From: Marsupella aquatica
Taxonomy: Eukaryota > Plantae > Marchantiophyta
Assembly (NCBI GenBank): GCA_973895155.1
Contig: OZ316898.1
Span: 5,319,079-5,383,078, forward strand
DNA: 64,000 nt
Direction of reading: 5' to 3'
Of the stretch, positions 36,724 to 48,858 are shown piece after piece. Numbering within the stretch: the first letter of the stretch is position 1; each line of letters begins with the position of its first letter. The translations under genes and the position numbers were made by a program. Under the pieces are notes generated by a model, which was given only the letters and a program-made list of their open reading frames with translations, ran no database searches and was not told the origin of the DNA.

Positions 36724-39700
36724 ATGGCGAACCAGAAGGAGAGGACCCTCGAGGAACTCCTACGGAAAACGAAGAAGTTGACTGACTTTAGAGTATGTCA
36801 TCTCATACCCAGTTTGTTGCTTGGGTTGGGGTTGCTTGCGAAGCGTGTTTGTTTAGAACTGAACGACAAACAGACAGCAGCATCCTGTCCCTTACTTTCC
36901 TGTGGCCCTCAGCTTCATTCGTCTTTAAATCTCAACGCCAGTTAGAATTTCTGTGGCTGGTGTTATTGTGTGCTTGATGACTGAACTGCCGAAGCTGCAT
37001 TTCCCAAAATTCGCATTTTCCGTTACTTGCATCCCTGTGATGGCCGCGTTGGGACAGCTCTTTGACCAATCACCTATAAGGCTAATTAGCTGCAAATGGC
37101 CATTCCCTTATCCATTTCGTTATCCTTGCACCTCGGCACTATTCACGTTATGCATTCATTGGGAGACAGAAATTGTTGCACTCCACACTTAGACACTTAG
37201 TGTTGTTCCCTTTGATCTGTTGAGTGGCTATCAGGATGCAGGTGCAATTGCTTCATATATGTTGCATTAGTGAAGCATTTTGATATTGGATGATTTTTAA
37301 ACTGAAGATCACGGGCCAGTGCTCAGGTTGGTCATCAGAGAGTAACCACATCCAAAGATTTCGTCTATGAAGACATTAGCTGACAGAGAAAACTCACTCA
37401 TCAACTGCTTCTGCACACCCCGCCCTTAGTCACCATTCACGCCTATTGGTTACATTTTTGCACAACATATTCATCTCGGTGTCTTGGATTTTGGTGGAGT
37501 TGCCCTAATCTTGTTGAGGTGGGGTGCTCTTCTCTTTCTAATTTCTTTACGCTGTTTTTTGTGACATTAGCCGTCATGTGTTCTGGAGGGGAAGGCAAGA
37601 ATGCGTGGGCCTGGTGTTAAGGACGAAGAGCGCTCTGATTATACTTCAAACCGCGAGGTAATATTGGAAGACTTGAAGTCATCAAAGTTCTAACAATGGT
37701 AGCAGTTGTACCTTCCTTTGCCGTTCCCGTTGTAAATATATATTTGATGTGCGCAGCTGGTGTGTGATGGACGCACTCCTGTGGATCATTCCAGCTAATC
37801 TTGTCGACATTTTGAAACATGGCCTGCTTTGCTGACCTGTGTTTTTAAGAGTAGTGGCATTATCCTGCTGTCATCCTTCTGTTGTCTCTCTTTCGACTTA
37901 ATTACGTTCCAGTCTCTTAAAATCTGTCTTTTTTTCGTGACAGGTTGTTTGTGACATCTGTGGAAGCCAAGGCCAACAAACTGATCTTAAAATCTGCAGT
38001 ACATGTGAGCTCTTGGCTTTGTTTGATAGCTTGCAGCGTATGCTGGACTTATTCGGTTCAAGCATTTGCTGGCATACCCGGTTGTCGTGAGTCACAACTG
38101 ACATATATTTAGAATCTCATCTATCTTTTCATGGAATTTCTGGCTGAGAAAGAATTTGCAGTTTTAATCGATTAGTTCCAAACCTGTACATATTTCCTTG
38201 ATCTATGATATATGTCTACTTATGAAGCGGTTCTTCTTGTGGACAGGTGGTCGCGGATTCCACACTTCTTGTTTAGGACTGCCGATAAATGTACGTTTAT
38301 ACATTTGGGCAAGTGTCAGTTTTGGAGCAGCAATATGTGAAACTTGTTCTGGTTGAAAATGAAAGAGGCTATCTGGCATTTGGTCTGGAGGTCGCATCAG
38401 ATGATTTTCTTACCCACTTGCATCTCCCTTTGACAGAGGGCCCATTTGTTTCTGCTTTGTTGCTCTACAGGAATCCGTGGGTGTAGACTGGCTTTGCTCT
38501 GAATGCCAAGGTACGAACAGCGGCCCTCATCAAGCAAGTGAAGCGTACATTGATTCGTCTTGCGGTATTCGGGGTGAAAATGCAATGAGATGCACTGTGG
38601 ACTCAAAAGCGGAAAGACAAGATGAGCAGTTAAAGGATGAGGCATTGTCTGGTTCACGACTCACTTCATGCCTTGGGAGCAAACCTGTAGCTAGAGTAGA
38701 AGGAGCTGTAGAGAAGACACTGGAACAACCAGACGGAGTGCTGGATGCGATGGAAAGTTCAAGTCATTCGGAGCTGGAAGAGTTTAGGAAAAGCGAGCTA
38801 GGAAGTGGGGAAACCAGTGAGCAATCACCGACTCCCGAGAAAGTGCGGCGTAGCAAGAGAGGAAGACCTTACAAGCCTGTCGGAGGGTTACACCCTAATA
38901 AGCGTAGAAGTGTTGATGGTATTAGTAGACAGACTGATAAGGGCCAACAGGGAAGATCCAGACTGGTAGTTGATGAAGAAGATGAACTCGGAGCCAAAAT
39001 AGAAAAGTTTAGGGTTATTAGCAGCATTGATGAGAAAAGTGTGAGGAAAGGTCCTCCAGACTTCGGGCAGGCTTTGAAATCGGATGAGGAAGATGGTAGT
39101 ACGCGCACAATGTCTACTGTTGAAGCGCAGGAGGAGCAGACAAGTCCCCCTAGGAAAAATTCGGAAGTTACTTTGAGATTGGAATCTCCTCGTTTTGCAG
39201 CGGAAGGGAGGAAGTTAGAGGAAGGCTACAAGATCATAGGGGTGTCTCCTCGGGGAAGTGTAGATGGTAAATCTCCAGGAGCATTTATCCACGATACAGG
39301 TCAAGGAAACACCAATGTCGAGGGCACTGTGCTTAAGGTGGAGCACGATGGTCTTGAAGGGTTGCCGGGGGGAAATCTTCCACCGAATGATTGTCAAACG
39401 CATGCTCAAGGATGTGAGGGTGGACATTCTGTTCAGGTAGAAAGTCAACATACTCTCCCTGAAGATAAATTGGGAAGAAAGCTTGCTGACAAGCCACGGC
39501 AAGGGCAGGTGAAAGCAGAATGCTTCGGAGTAACGGAAAGTCCTGCATCTCGCGAGGTCGTCAGTGACAAAGGTGGTAGTAAGTCTGCCTGTGGGTCATC
39601 AGACACAAATTTTGGAATTAAGATGGCGGAAAAAGTTCATCCAGCGTCTCCAAGACTGGAAACTTCTGGAAGCTTGTTAACTCCGCTGGATGCGTCCAAT

Positions 39701-42700
39701 GATGTACATATTGTAAATGATGGTGGCCTCTTCGACAGCATGAGTGTGGAGAGTAAGAAAGTTTGCAACAAGGTATCGGAGGATGAGCTTAAAACTATTG
39801 AATCATCGAAATCAGAGGAGGGTGACAAAGAGTTGAGAAAGCTGGTTTCGCATGTTAAGGGTGTTGGAACGGAAGAGGACTTTGAGCTTGTCGGCAAGGC
39901 TATTCCCAAAGTACATGAGGCTGTTCTGGCACTGCATCCAAAAGTATCGGCTCGTGATGCTTCAGGACAGAAGAAACCGAAGATAACCATTCCAAGTGAT
40001 CTTGAAGGCCAGGGCAAAGTGGAAACTACAGGTAAGGTGTCTCTTATACAAACGATATTTTGAAAGTCCTCAAATGGCTTTATGATCACAGGCAAGCTCA
40101 TAGTGTAATGTAACCGACAAATTTTCCATTCACAATCAGGTTGAGTTGCGCTTAATTAACGCATCCTATCAACTTTATTTAAGAGGTTCTCTGATAATTC
40201 AGTCGAGAATACAATGTTTTACTAGTTCGTCGAGTTCCACAGGTTCTGATTGACCTTTCTACCTTCCCGGTCATCTCCACTGGGCTTTCTTCCTAGAAGA
40301 TTTGATAAGAGTTTGTTCGTACCGTTGGGCTGGTCGGGGGTCTGCCCTGCCAGCTATTCCGAATTCTGGGAGCTACATTCTTGTCCTGTGGAGTTGCGCT
40401 GTGTAAGAATCATACTGTTGCAGACATCTGTCTGTGGTCGTATGTGGTCAAATATCCATGTAACCATGAAGGTTACCGGATGGAAACTGCGAACCTGCCT
40501 CTTCTGGAGCTATAATTGTGGAAAATTATGGACGCACGGTACAACCTGCTATGCATGTGCCAAAGAAATGCAAACCATGAAAAGTACCTGTGGCAAGCGT
40601 ACCAGAAGGAAAATGAATCTCTTCCAGTTACCTCCTATCAGGGTTGGACAGAAGGGTGGCTGTTTCGAGGACGGATTAAGTTCCTGCTGTCAGAAATGGG
40701 CATGCAGTCATCATTTTTTACATTTTCGAAGGTTAATGGGTAAGAAAGACTCAGTCCTGATCTTACTGAGTTCTCGACAGGGAAAGGAGAAACGGGAGAT
40801 ACAGTCATTCCTGCTGCGGTGAAGGCTACGGCAACTCCTGGCCTAGTTCAGTCTGGCAGAAATCCAGTTGAATCTACTGAGAGGGTGTGCAAAAGAGATC
40901 TACCTGGTGGGACGAGTAGCAGTCCAGAAGTGGTAGGAAAAAGTACGAGAGGCTTACAAAGTGCATCCTTGGAAGACGAGGATGATGTGAGCGTTTCAAC
41001 CCTCAATTTTCATGGTTTTGTTACTTTCTTAGAAGACATCCCTGCAGTTTTGATTGTCTACGCAGGTGATTGTTATGTGGACCCTAATACCACAAGGATT
41101 CTCGTATGTCTTCCTTTGCAACGTTGTTTTCGAATTTGTTATTTTGTCGATTGTTACAGAGGCAGGGTTGCTGTCCCATTTCTCCAGGCATCTTCGAATG
41201 GAAAGCACCGTGTTGATTCTACCATGACAATGTTGCATTATCATGTTTGCGCATTTCAGGTCAAAGTCTGTGATATATGTGGAGATGCGGGCTATGAGGA
41301 GTGCCTTACTATTTGTAGCGTGTGCAATGAGGGAGCAGAACACATGTGTGTATTTCAGACTATCCGGATATGCTCGGCAAGGTTTCGTGTTGGCTACATT
41401 TGTGAGACCGCCTTGTAGTAATCGAGAAGTCTTAAGCCTATCAAATTCAACGTTTTCCAGATGAGTTTGATTATTATACAAATCAATAATTTAATGTGTT
41501 TTTGTCTGCCTGCTGACTATTTGTCCGTAAAACAGCTACTGCATGCAGGCCCTCCTCCACGCTGTACCAGAAGATTGGTTGTGTGAGACATGTAAGTTCA
41601 AAGAAAAGAATGTAAATGGGAAGAAGGTGGAGGATCTCCCACTTAATCAAGTCCCTTCGAAGGCAGCCTATACGAGTCCCAGGAAAGCACAAATTATCAA
41701 AGGCAATACGCGTTCCAGACTATCTGCTCTCCTTGACAAGGGTAAAGGGAGTTTTTCGCAGAAAGTCGTTACAAAGAATCCTTCTACAAACCAGCTTCCA
41801 ACCAAAAGACCAGCAGATGATGCCCAATCTGCTCCTTCTCTGAAGAGACAGGTACGGGAGAGCATGGGAACACCGTCAACGGGGACAAATGCTTTTACAC
41901 CAAGGGGGTTGACCCGGGAAAATTCTGTGAAGGCTCCAGATTCCGGAAAAGTGAAATTTTTATCTCCCAGTGCCTTGGCATCTAATCCAGCTGCAGGTGG
42001 AAGTCGAAGTTTTTCCAAGTCTTCGAGTTTTGCAGGACTCCCATCTCAGTCCCTCAGACCAGGAATGAACCAATTGTCACAGATAACTAGCAAGAATAAG
42101 TATGCTTCAAACAGCATTGCATTAGGCGATTCACTGATATCTGGGGCTTCGCCTGCAACAAAACAATCTCCTCCAGCACCAAGGCCGCCGTCATTTAATG
42201 CCACGGCTCCTACTTTATCTAGGGGTGCAGGATCACTGAAGTCTAATGAGTCTCTACCAGCGTTTCTATTACCCTCGAGATCGGGATCTTCTGCCTTTGC
42301 CAAGGGAAGTAAGGAGGGAAACTCCGAAGGTAACGGATTGCACCCCATTGGCAGGGATACAAATTCCATGTCGGCTGGGGGAGGAAGTGCAAGAGGGTGG
42401 GGTGCGTCCTCTTCTGGAAAACTTACAACCAAATGGATTGACACTCCAAGACCTTCGACACAGTCAACATGTGTTGGAAGACAAGTATCCGGCAAGGTTG
42501 ATGCTGCGACCAGTTTACAGTCACTTGACAATAACGTAATGCCGGGACGACCTCTCGTCGTTCAAAACCGGTCACAGACAGTGGATGCTACAAAAGGTTT
42601 GAACAACATGACTAGGTGGCCATCTTTGGGGCGTCTCTCAAGTCAGCAAGCCTCTAGAGATGAAGCTCAACGCAACTCGGAGGTTCAACCTCTGAAAGGT

Positions 42701-45700
42701 TCTCGGCAACCTCCCAAAGTTATTGACTCCGTTGATCGAGGAACGCTGAGAGTTGGATCTCTCATGGATTTGCCGACGAGTCTCAACAAACTAGTATCAG
42801 GAGCCTCTCCGGAGTTTGACCTTGGGCGAAAAGGCGATCAACAAATACAAGATGTTCCTAAAACACAAAAACTGAATTCTTCAGGTATGAGTTCTTAGCC
42901 ATTGTTTCGTCATACTTGTCTCATGTAGCAGTATTGCGGACATATTACCATGATTGGTTTACTCATCTGTACATGGTGGCTGTTTCAGGCACAGTTGTTG
43001 TAAATGGCCAGAAAAGCACTTTAGGATCCCCGGACAGTAGTGAGTTACCCGCTGGTGAGGACGGGAAAAGGCCATCCAAAGCATCGGGATTGGGCTCCCC
43101 GACAAAGCAGACAGTGGTAGATGCGACTTCTAAGGACTTACCAGTTTTTGGAAAGGGTTTAAAAAGGAGAGACAATTCTGAGATGGGTCGGCCATCATCA
43201 ACAGCCGTGGCTCCAGCGACGAGCAGAAGATGCTATACGTGCAAAGATATAGGTCATTCGGCGCAGGATTGCGGTACTAGAAGCACAGGAACCCTCAGCC
43301 TGCCAGATCTCTGTGCCACCAGCAGTAAGGGCCACGGTGCAATCAGCATTCCAAAGGAGGGTCTGGGAGCTTTAAGCTCCAGTCTCTTGGAACAAAGACC
43401 ATCTGATAGTACCCCTCTTGGGGTGCCAAAATCTGCAGCCAAATCCGCCACGCACCACGACTCTGCATCTCCAGTCCTAGATACTGAATGTAAGGGTTCT
43501 GTTCCTGTCTCGGACATAGCTACAGTTAACCAGCAACGACAGAGTAAGGAGGCTGAAACCGGGATGGTCGGAAAGGTATCCAAATACTTCATAGAGGACA
43601 AGAGCAAGCAAATAGCGACTTCCCTTTCCCTCAACCAGCGTGGGTCAGTTCCCAGACTATGTGGCCAGAGTGGGCCACTCGCAGCTGTTGCGCCAAATGG
43701 AGATTTGCAATCAGTATCAGTAGGCAAATCAACTGAAGCATTTGACCTGGAGACTTCTGTTCGCACATATGTTCCACCTCCAGCTCCCATTTCTATTAGC
43801 CATGGGAGTCGACCTGAGGGTTTTTCTTCTGGAGATTTGGTGGCTTCGGGAACATCGACCGAATCCCAAAGATCTGATACCATCGCTGAAACAATCCAGG
43901 GAGGCTCACCGAGGCTGTCCAGCGAGAAAGAGCACGTTGCTATTAGACAAACGAATATGCCGGGAGGCTTAGTGACTCATGTGCTCCCGCTGCCCCCGCC
44001 CCCACCCCTTCCCCCGCCACCGCCACTACCGCTATCCCTTGGGAGGGGATGGGGCGAAAATCGTCCTTTGGAACCACCAGTTGCTACACCAATGATGAGG
44101 CAGATGAAAAGTCCAGTGACCTGGGGACCGCTTGCATCTCCTCGACCTTTTCTTGGAGTTGACAGGGTTGTGAACCAAGACACCTGGGGAAAACGTTTTG
44201 GAAGTGTTGTGGTGCCAGCAATTGGAGCGTCCGCTTCTTGGAATCCTGGTCCTAAAGCAGTACCAGAATCACAATGCTTATGGAGGTATATACGACGTTA
44301 GCTATTTTTCTCTGGAGTTTTCTCTTCATCATTTAGTTGATCAAGAATGTCTCTTTCCATCTGGAGCCAAACGTTACGAATTTATCAGTGCGGTCTTGGG
44401 AATATGTGCCAGTCCCTTTCTATTCACACCTTTGACATTATTATTCATTGGCTTGGTTGATCTTTGCTTTTGTGGTGTCGTGGAATTTGTAGCTGTATAT
44501 AGCTTGGATGGATACATTCAGTTTTTTATTTTAACTTTCGTCCCATCCGACGTGTGGAAACAGAGGAGGTTTTGAAGTTATATCAGCAGCAGCAGTTCCG
44601 GCTTTTTATGACGGCATACAAGCCTATTCCTCAACCTTTGCTGCACCACAAGTAAAAGCAGTCACAAAAACATTGCCACACAGATTGCAGCTAGAAGAAG
44701 TACGGCGTATGTTCAATGCTGATGCCTGGCCGAAGCAATTTCAGCATAGATCTCCAACTGATAAAGAAATTGCACTCTATTTCTTTCCAGCGAGTGAAAG
44801 GTATTGACCGGAGCATTTTCGTCATATGGTTGCCGTGACGGAGGACTTGACTCTTGCAATACGTTTAGCAAAGGCCTTAGAACAGCATTCCTTGGTCAGC
44901 AGTATCTGTCGTATGGTATTCACACTGGAATGGTGATGGGCAGCCTACTACTGTATTCTTTAAAGCAGAAATGAATATAGTGGGATTCGATGTCGAATTG
45001 GAAACAAGCTTTTCTGAATGTTGCAAACTGACCGTATAAAATTGTGGATGCAATATCTCCAGCTGTGTAGGAGGGTACATGATGTTGTTAGAGCATATGA
45101 AGAGCCATGACCTCGTCTTGATGGGTCAGGTTGAGGGTGCTGAGTTACTTATCTTCCCCTCCCACTTGTTACCAGTTGACACTCACCGTAAGTTTACTTC
45201 TAATATTTTCCTGCTTAAAAGATTTTCCTGGAATATTTTGAGCCTGAACTACTAGTAACGCCCTGGCTTAATTCTTATTTTCTAGATAATTTTAAATTTG
45301 ATTCTCGAAAATAGTTTTTGCACGCGTTGTGTTTTGACAAGCAATTGTTTGGTTGGGTACAATCTTTTCAGGTCAAGAGTCCTTTTTTGTCTTTAATTTT
45401 TGTGGCTGTTCCGTTAGTTCATTGACGTATTGGAGGCATGCATGCAGAGTGGAAGAGTAAAATGTTTCTCTGGGGAGTCTACCGGGCCAAACGGTCTAAT
45501 GCAGTTTTCAAACCAGTGCCTCCTGAGTCTGCGCAAACGTTAGTTCAGGTTATTGATTCGGCCATAAAAGTTGCAGCTAACAGTGAACCTGGGAAGGTGG
45601 TCCGGCCTGGAATCCTAGTCATCAGCTCTAGTGGTGATGCAGGGGAGGCTGACATGGAAATTGACATGGTTGGTGATAAAGAGATTTCCATCCCACCTTG

Positions 45701-48700
45701 CAATCCGACTCAAAAAGCATTTTGCGACCACCCACCTCCTATCAGACTTCCAGCTCCACCTGCTTTCAGTACTCCTCCACTGCCACATGAGCCACCTCCT
45801 GTCCAACCCCCTCCTCCTGACCTGATAGCACCATGTGTGCCAGAAGTGGAAGCAGCCCAAGTCATCGGCTTAACTGGAATTACATCCGAGGAACGTGGCT
45901 TGGTCGATTTGGACCTGCCGCCAGGTTTCGGACCTGGGCCTCTAAAACGAGTGCCTCCTCTGAGTCAACCTCCAGATGTCAACAGTATTCCAAGTGGGCT
46001 TCTTGAGTCGAAGGATATTTCGCATGCTCCTCCAGGATTTGAGAGACCCGGGGAAGCAGTTTCGACATTGCCGACACAGGTGAGTCTAACTTATTCTTCA
46101 TAGTGGAAAACACGTATTAGTAGTTGTGGTATTGGCTGACGTGAAGTCCAAGTACCAAGCGCTTTTCTTCTCATTCAGGTATCTCAATTAGCAAGGAATC
46201 GTGTTCTGAATACCCATCCAGCCATGATCAAGGCATGGGTATCCTATTGATTTCAGGCATCCGATACGCGAGGTCATTTTGACCCTTTTTGTTGGCATTT
46301 TTCTAACGTATTGAAGTGTTCATGGTCAAATTTGGAAAAGTGGCTGATCAAGCTTCTTTAGAAATTGAGACAAATGAATAACCGTTTAAGCTCCAGAGGG
46401 TCTTTAGCAGGAAAAACGCAGGAGAGCCTAGAAGGGCATCCATCTCTAAGGGAACTACTTAGTTTGACTGATCACGATTGATGATCACAGGACAATTAAG
46501 AAAGAAGCGAATGATTTTTCCATCTCGTTCTAGAATAAAGAACAATAAGGGCAGAGCTAGAGCATCTAGCTTAAGAAATGTCTTCAAGGGATGGTGTTGA
46601 AGCAAAGAGTTTAGGGTCTCCTAAATCGACGAGGTAGAATAGCATGTCATAAGCAACGCTGGACGGTGCTATAGAGTAGACTTTTGCTTTGTCATTTGTA
46701 CTTTCTATATACTGGAGTATTTTTGTTCTCTGCTTTCTTGTTGTTGTCCCAGGGTGGATCTCAAGCTATTAAGTCATGGTACATATTGCAGGTACACGCC
46801 GAGGATACTGCCGGAAGTACTACCGATGTTGACAATTCTGAGCTAACAGGTAATCAGCTTACACTGAAAAGAGGGAACAATACTGCAGAACGTTCCTGGC
46901 ATTCGATGAGTTCCCGGCGAACGTCCCCGTTTCCGCATCCTAGTCCAAGTCCTAGAGACTTGCGAGATGATTTAGCTGGTACATTCTTGCTTTCAACTTC
47001 GAGGCGTTCTCACTCTAGTTCCAAGTCCCCAACAAGGCGCAGAGATAGAATGAACGATCATGGTGGTGGCAGGACTAGCTTCAATGGAAGAGAAAGTGGA
47101 AGAGGCAGGGACAGTAGAAGAGAAAGTGGAACAGGTAGGGAAACTGGAAAAGAAATCGGACCAGCTAGTGGAAGAGACAGAGAAAGGGGAAGAGACAGCG
47201 AAAGAGGAAGAGACAGAGACAGAGGAGACAGCGAAAGAGGAGGAGACAGAGACAGGGGAGACAGCGAAAGAGGAAGAGACAGAGACAGAGGAGACAGCGA
47301 AAGAGGAGGAGACAGAGACAGGGGAGACAGCGAAAGAGGACGAGATAAGGAGAGTGGAGGAGACAGGGGAAGAGGAAGAGGAAGAGACAGGGAAAGTGGA
47401 AGAGGAAGAGACAGGGAAAGTGGAAGAGTCCAAGAGACGGGACGAGACAGAGAAAGGGAAAGGGAAAGAGACAGGGAGCTCGATAGAGAAAGCGGACGTG
47501 AGAAATATAAGGAAAGAGACAGAGAGCTCGATAGAGAAACCGGACGGGAGAAAGATAAAGAAAGAGACAGAGAGCTCGAAAGAGAAACCGGACGGGAGAA
47601 AGAAAAGGAAAGGAGAAGGGAAAGATGGCATCACAGGGAACGAGAGAAAGGCAGGGAAGAGGACAGGTCTCTTGGTAGAGATCGGGGAAAAGAACGGGAT
47701 TACAGACCTGAAAGTCGAGGTAGAGGAAGAGAGCGAAAATACCAGCGTCGTACCCAATCTCCTTCACGATCTTGGTCACGTTCACGCTCATTCTCAAGGG
47801 CAAGGCTTGAATCACTCTCGGTTTCTCCTCCTAAAAGGCGCAGCTCGGGTAAGAGTCATTCAATGCATCGATCCAGATCATATTCAGATTCCCCTGAATC
47901 GATTCACGGGAGTTTATGGAAAAAACCGCTATCTTCAGATGGACCGAGCGCAAGCAGGGAACATTCTCAAGACGGATCTAGCTCTGGAAGGAGGGTCACT
48001 TCTCGTCTTGACCGTCTTGATGATATTGACAAGGATGGAAAACTCACCCCGAGAGATCCCTCTGATGGGGAAGCATCTCATAAATCTAGACTGTCAGTGT
48101 TTTCTAGAGAAGGATCTATCAGAACTCAAGACTTGGTCAGGAGACAGGGCGTTTCGGAGGCGAACGAGACGTTAGGAACTTTGTCTTCCATTCCCTTTTT
48201 GGGCATAAAGGAACATGAAGCTGAAACAGAGACACTGGATCGTGGCAAGGAGAAAACCAGTGTAGGGAGTGCCCCGTTCTACCATAGGTTCCTACCGGGA
48301 GACACAGATGATGTGCAGATGTTCGAGAGTGATGCGGGAGATCATGAGGCTGAACGGTCCCTTTTCCCTAACATTCGGCCTTGTCCTGGCGGATTAAAAG
48401 AACCACGATCGGACACCGTACCGACCTCTGGGCCATGGGACTCTGACAAAGCGATAGAAAAGTCTGGTTATGAATTTTTCCCAGTCAAAGCAGGCAATGT
48501 TGGAGATTTGAGGAAACCTTTCACAAATCCCAATTTAGAGCTGGGCCTAGGGGACAGGGACGGAATAAACATGCAAGCGCCGGAGCCACAACCCTTCTTT
48601 GTTCATCTTGTTGATACGGCAGTGGCAAGTCCAGAACCTGCTCACAGATGCACTGATTCGCTTGGGCCACCTGATATGACTGTAGAATTTCCCTTGGTGA

Positions 48701-48858
48701 CAGGTAAAAAAGAGGAACCTGTCGAGGCGGAAGTAGGTTCTTTAAATCTCTCCCTGGCGGTTCCTCAGTATAGGAAAGAAGGGAATGCATGGGTCAAAAT
48801 TGAAGATGCACACGCTATGCTTGGTGATGAGGATGTTAACTTTGCATTAACTCTTTGA
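36724..48858 (+). CDS. AIPP2/PAIPP2-like PHD-SPOC chromatin/RNA-processing protein (2 PHD fingers, CCHC knuckle, SPOC-like domain, RD/RE/RS-rich tail), ~12 exons
   Basis: Predicted exons: 36724-36792, 37944-38004, 38247-38290, 38471-40031, 40781-40986, 41260-41345, 41536-42885, 42989-44285, 44564-44800, 45063-45187, 45448-46079, 46792-48858. PHD1: CDICG..ICSTCGRGFHTSC..WLCSEC. PHD2: VKVCDICGDAGYEE..CSVCNEGAEH.YCM..DWLCETC. Knuckle: CYTCKDIGHSAQDC. SPOC-like: W.GGFEV..DGIQAY..WP.QF..IALYFF..ELLIFPS..FLWGVY. Confidence 0.85.
47170..47620 (+). repeat. Coding purine-rich repeats (33-bp DSERG(R/G)DRDRG units; 48-bp RDREL(D/E)RE(S/T)GREK.KE units)
   Basis: Visible in both the DNA and the translation. 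Confidence 0.85.

Noticed and set aside
46993-48175. Overlapping E-rich 371-aa ORF and S/F/L/C-rich antisense ORFs
   Set aside because: Purine-only repeats lack stop codons in alternative frames. The RD/RE frame is the one continuous with the spliced gene.
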